Translations under genes and position numbers: made by a program
Notes under the pieces: generated by a model
Database searches by the model: none
Told to the model about the DNA's origin: nothing
Seen by the model: the letters and a program-made list of their open reading frames with translations, nothing else
NCBI RefSeq assembly: GCF_006345805.1
Contig: NC_043024.1
Span: 15,562,001-15,626,000, forward strand
Direction of reading: 5' to 3'
From: Octopus sinensis
Lineage: Eukaryota
DNA length: 64,000 nt
In this document: positions 61,720-64,000 of the stretch, piece after piece
How the letters are laid out: each line of letters begins with the position of its first letter
Position numbering within the stretch: position 1 is the stretch's first letter

Positions 61720-62075
61720 CTACAGTTATTGATTATTTGTAGACCTGTTATGTCCCACAGATCGAATATCAATATACCTAGTGATGTCACGTACTTATTG
61801 ATTTTTCTTTATTGGAACTTTTGAGTCCCACAGATCAAACATCAATATATCTAACTGATTGTAATGTAGTTATTGATTTCAAACTATTCAAACCCACTGA
61901 TTGAACACCAATGCGTCTAGCTAGTTGATCGTTGATCTGTAGTTATTGATCGGAACTGTTGAGTCTGACAGATCGATCACTGATATGTGATATGTTTAGC
62001 TTGTTGATGTATATTTATTGATTAAAACCTTTGAGCCTCATTGATTGAATGCTGATACGTCTAGCTTGTTGATTT
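61720..62075. repeat. Diverged minisatellite, period about 69-75 bp, about 5 units
   Basis: TTATTGAT anchors at 61726, 61795, 61870, 61943 and 62015, with recurring CCACAGATC and GTCTAGCT words. Confidence 0.7.
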
Positions 62076-62300
62076 TCATGGGTGTGACATAAGTTTTAAA
62101 TCTTTGTCACAGTAAATTTGGGAAAGTGGGTGGGTGGATGGGGGGCAGTCAAATGCACCGACCCCAGTTTTCAACAGGTATTTATTTTATCGACCCTGAA
62201 AGAATGAAAAGTATAGTTGACCTCAGCAGAATTCGAACTCTGAATATAAAGATGTACAAAATACCACTAAGTGTGCTAATGATTTTGCTAGTTCACCGTC

Positions 62301-62354
<54 letters not shown>

Positions 62355-62407
62355 TATGATAATAATATTGATGATAATAATAATAATAATAATTGATAAT
62401 AATATTG

Positions 62408-62469
<62 letters not shown>

Positions 62470-62470
<1 letters not shown>

Positions 62471-63023
62471 TGCCCTGATGCAGTACCAGGCATTGGCTCT
62501 CATGGCTTCTGATCTTAACTGATTGGAAGGTTATCATGTACATTGTTTTTCTTGGTATATAAAGATGGGCTACAGCAAATATTCTGCTCAATACCACAGA
62601 TTTGCTTGTCTGTTGTTTGACCTTAACCAGTTGAGCATGTCCCTTAGTGGCTGACGATATGTGCATCTCTGATCACGAGCAGACGTAGTGGGGGAGCATC
62701 ATGGCCATGTGTTGAGAGGGATTCTTTGAGTTTGAATGGTTCACCTCTGGAAACATAGGTGTTTCGTTCAACATCCTAAAGCAACCCTTATTCAGGGACC
62801 GTTTGAGCAGGATGGGCCACTCAACCTGAAGAAAATTCTAACTGGGCCCCACCTGCAAGGTCATGTGCTGTTCATCTTGATATGAGATCACCATGTCGCG
62901 CACATATGGTTGTGATGCATGTGCCTGGTGTACCTTTATCAGACGGGTAGTCATGATGGGTATATTGGGCTTCGTATATTTTACCCCAGTGTCACTGTGA
63001 TGGCATGAACTGCTCTCTCACTC
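62470..63023 (+). mobile_element. Element G, complete, flanked on both sides by (TAA)n
   Basis: Second copy at 50935-51456 and mini-derivative at 20555-20638. The strand is arbitrary. Confidence 0.82.
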
Positions 63024-63038
63024 AATAATAATAATAAT

Positions 63039-64000
63039 GATAAATCTGATATGCTAAATAGAACTGGATGCGAATATAAATGTTACAGCAAAACAATCAG
63101 CCACCTTTTATATATGGATGACCTAAAACTATACGCTACAAATGACAAACAGCTGGAAACACAACTAATGACAGTTCATGGATTTACCAAAGAAATAGAT
63201 ATGAAATTAGGATTAGAAAAATGCGCCAAAGTAACCCTGAAAAGAGGAAAGCTAGTTAAGAGTAGCAATATCACACTAGATAAAACCAATGAAATAAGAG
63301 AATTAGATCATAGCCAAACTTACAAATATTTAGGAACCCATGAACTAGATAAAACACAACACACACAAATGAAAGAGAAAATAAAGAAAGAATACTATAG
63401 ACGAGTTAGATCAATACTAAAAACAGAGCTCAATGCTAAAAACAAGGTAATAGGTATTAACACTTTAGCCATCCCAGTTATAAGTTACAGCTACAATATC
63501 CTTAACTGGACACTAAATGAACTAACCAAAATAGATAGGAAAACAAGAAAAATAATGACAGGATCTAGGATGCATCACCAAAAATCTGACATAGAAAGAC
63601 TATATATACAACGTATAGAAGGTGGTAGAGGCCTTATACAGGGACTGCAAAAATACCTACTTCAGAAGCAAGGAAAACTGATACAAATAGCGGCAAAACA
63701 TGAGAAAACAAAAAACTGTTCTCAGTATTTAAAGAAGCTGACAAATACAAACAAGAAATCATACCACCTAACAAATATGAAGAAGTAGAAGAAGAAGAAG
63801 AAGAAGAAGAAGAAGAAGAAGAAGAAGAAGAAGAAGAAGAAGAAACAACAAAAGCTATAAAACATATGAAATCCAAACTAAAACTAGAACAGCAACGGAC
63901 CATGATAAAACGATGGCAAGAAAAGCCACTTCATGGCAAATACTGGACTAAACTAAATGCAAAAGAAATAGACTAAGAAAAATCCCAGCAATGGTTGAGA
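63039..64000 (+). mobile_element. 5'-truncated R4/Dong-like LINE reverse transcriptase (runs off the window)
   Basis: SHLLYMDDLKLYA, GLEKCA, YKYLG, IDRKTRK...RLYIQRIEGGRGL and WQEKPLHGKYW; frameshift near 63705, in-frame (GAA)19 and a stop near 63975; starts right after (AAT)n. Confidence 0.88.

Overview
AT-rich, microsatellite-dense eukaryotic DNA with no recognisable host protein-coding gene, rRNA, true tRNA or CRISPR array. The repeat families look like those of octopus genomes (my recognition, not checked against a database). The window is a dense, nested set of mobile elements. It holds several tRNA-derived SINE families (called A, B, D, E, F here), 3' fragments of RTE-clade LINEs, fragments of restriction-endonuclease-type (R4/Dong-like) LINEs, mariner and maT-like transposase pseudogenes, hAT/mariner/piggyBac-type MITEs, non-autonomous Helitrons, DINE/HINE-like elements, palindromes and minisatellites, plus one 100-N gap. 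The most notable signal is at least nine minimal type-I hammerhead-ribozyme-like motifs in five sequence families, probably from Penelope-like terminal repeats. Two sit in long palindromes, and several have non-canonical cores (a G3-C8 swap and a U6 variant). Other highlights are SINE-B multimers inserted as single units, combinatorial swapping of SINE head and tail modules, and a LINE-like 3' end encoding three C2H2 zinc fingers. All folding and translation was done by eye. Element boundaries are approximate unless TSD/TIR coordinates are given.
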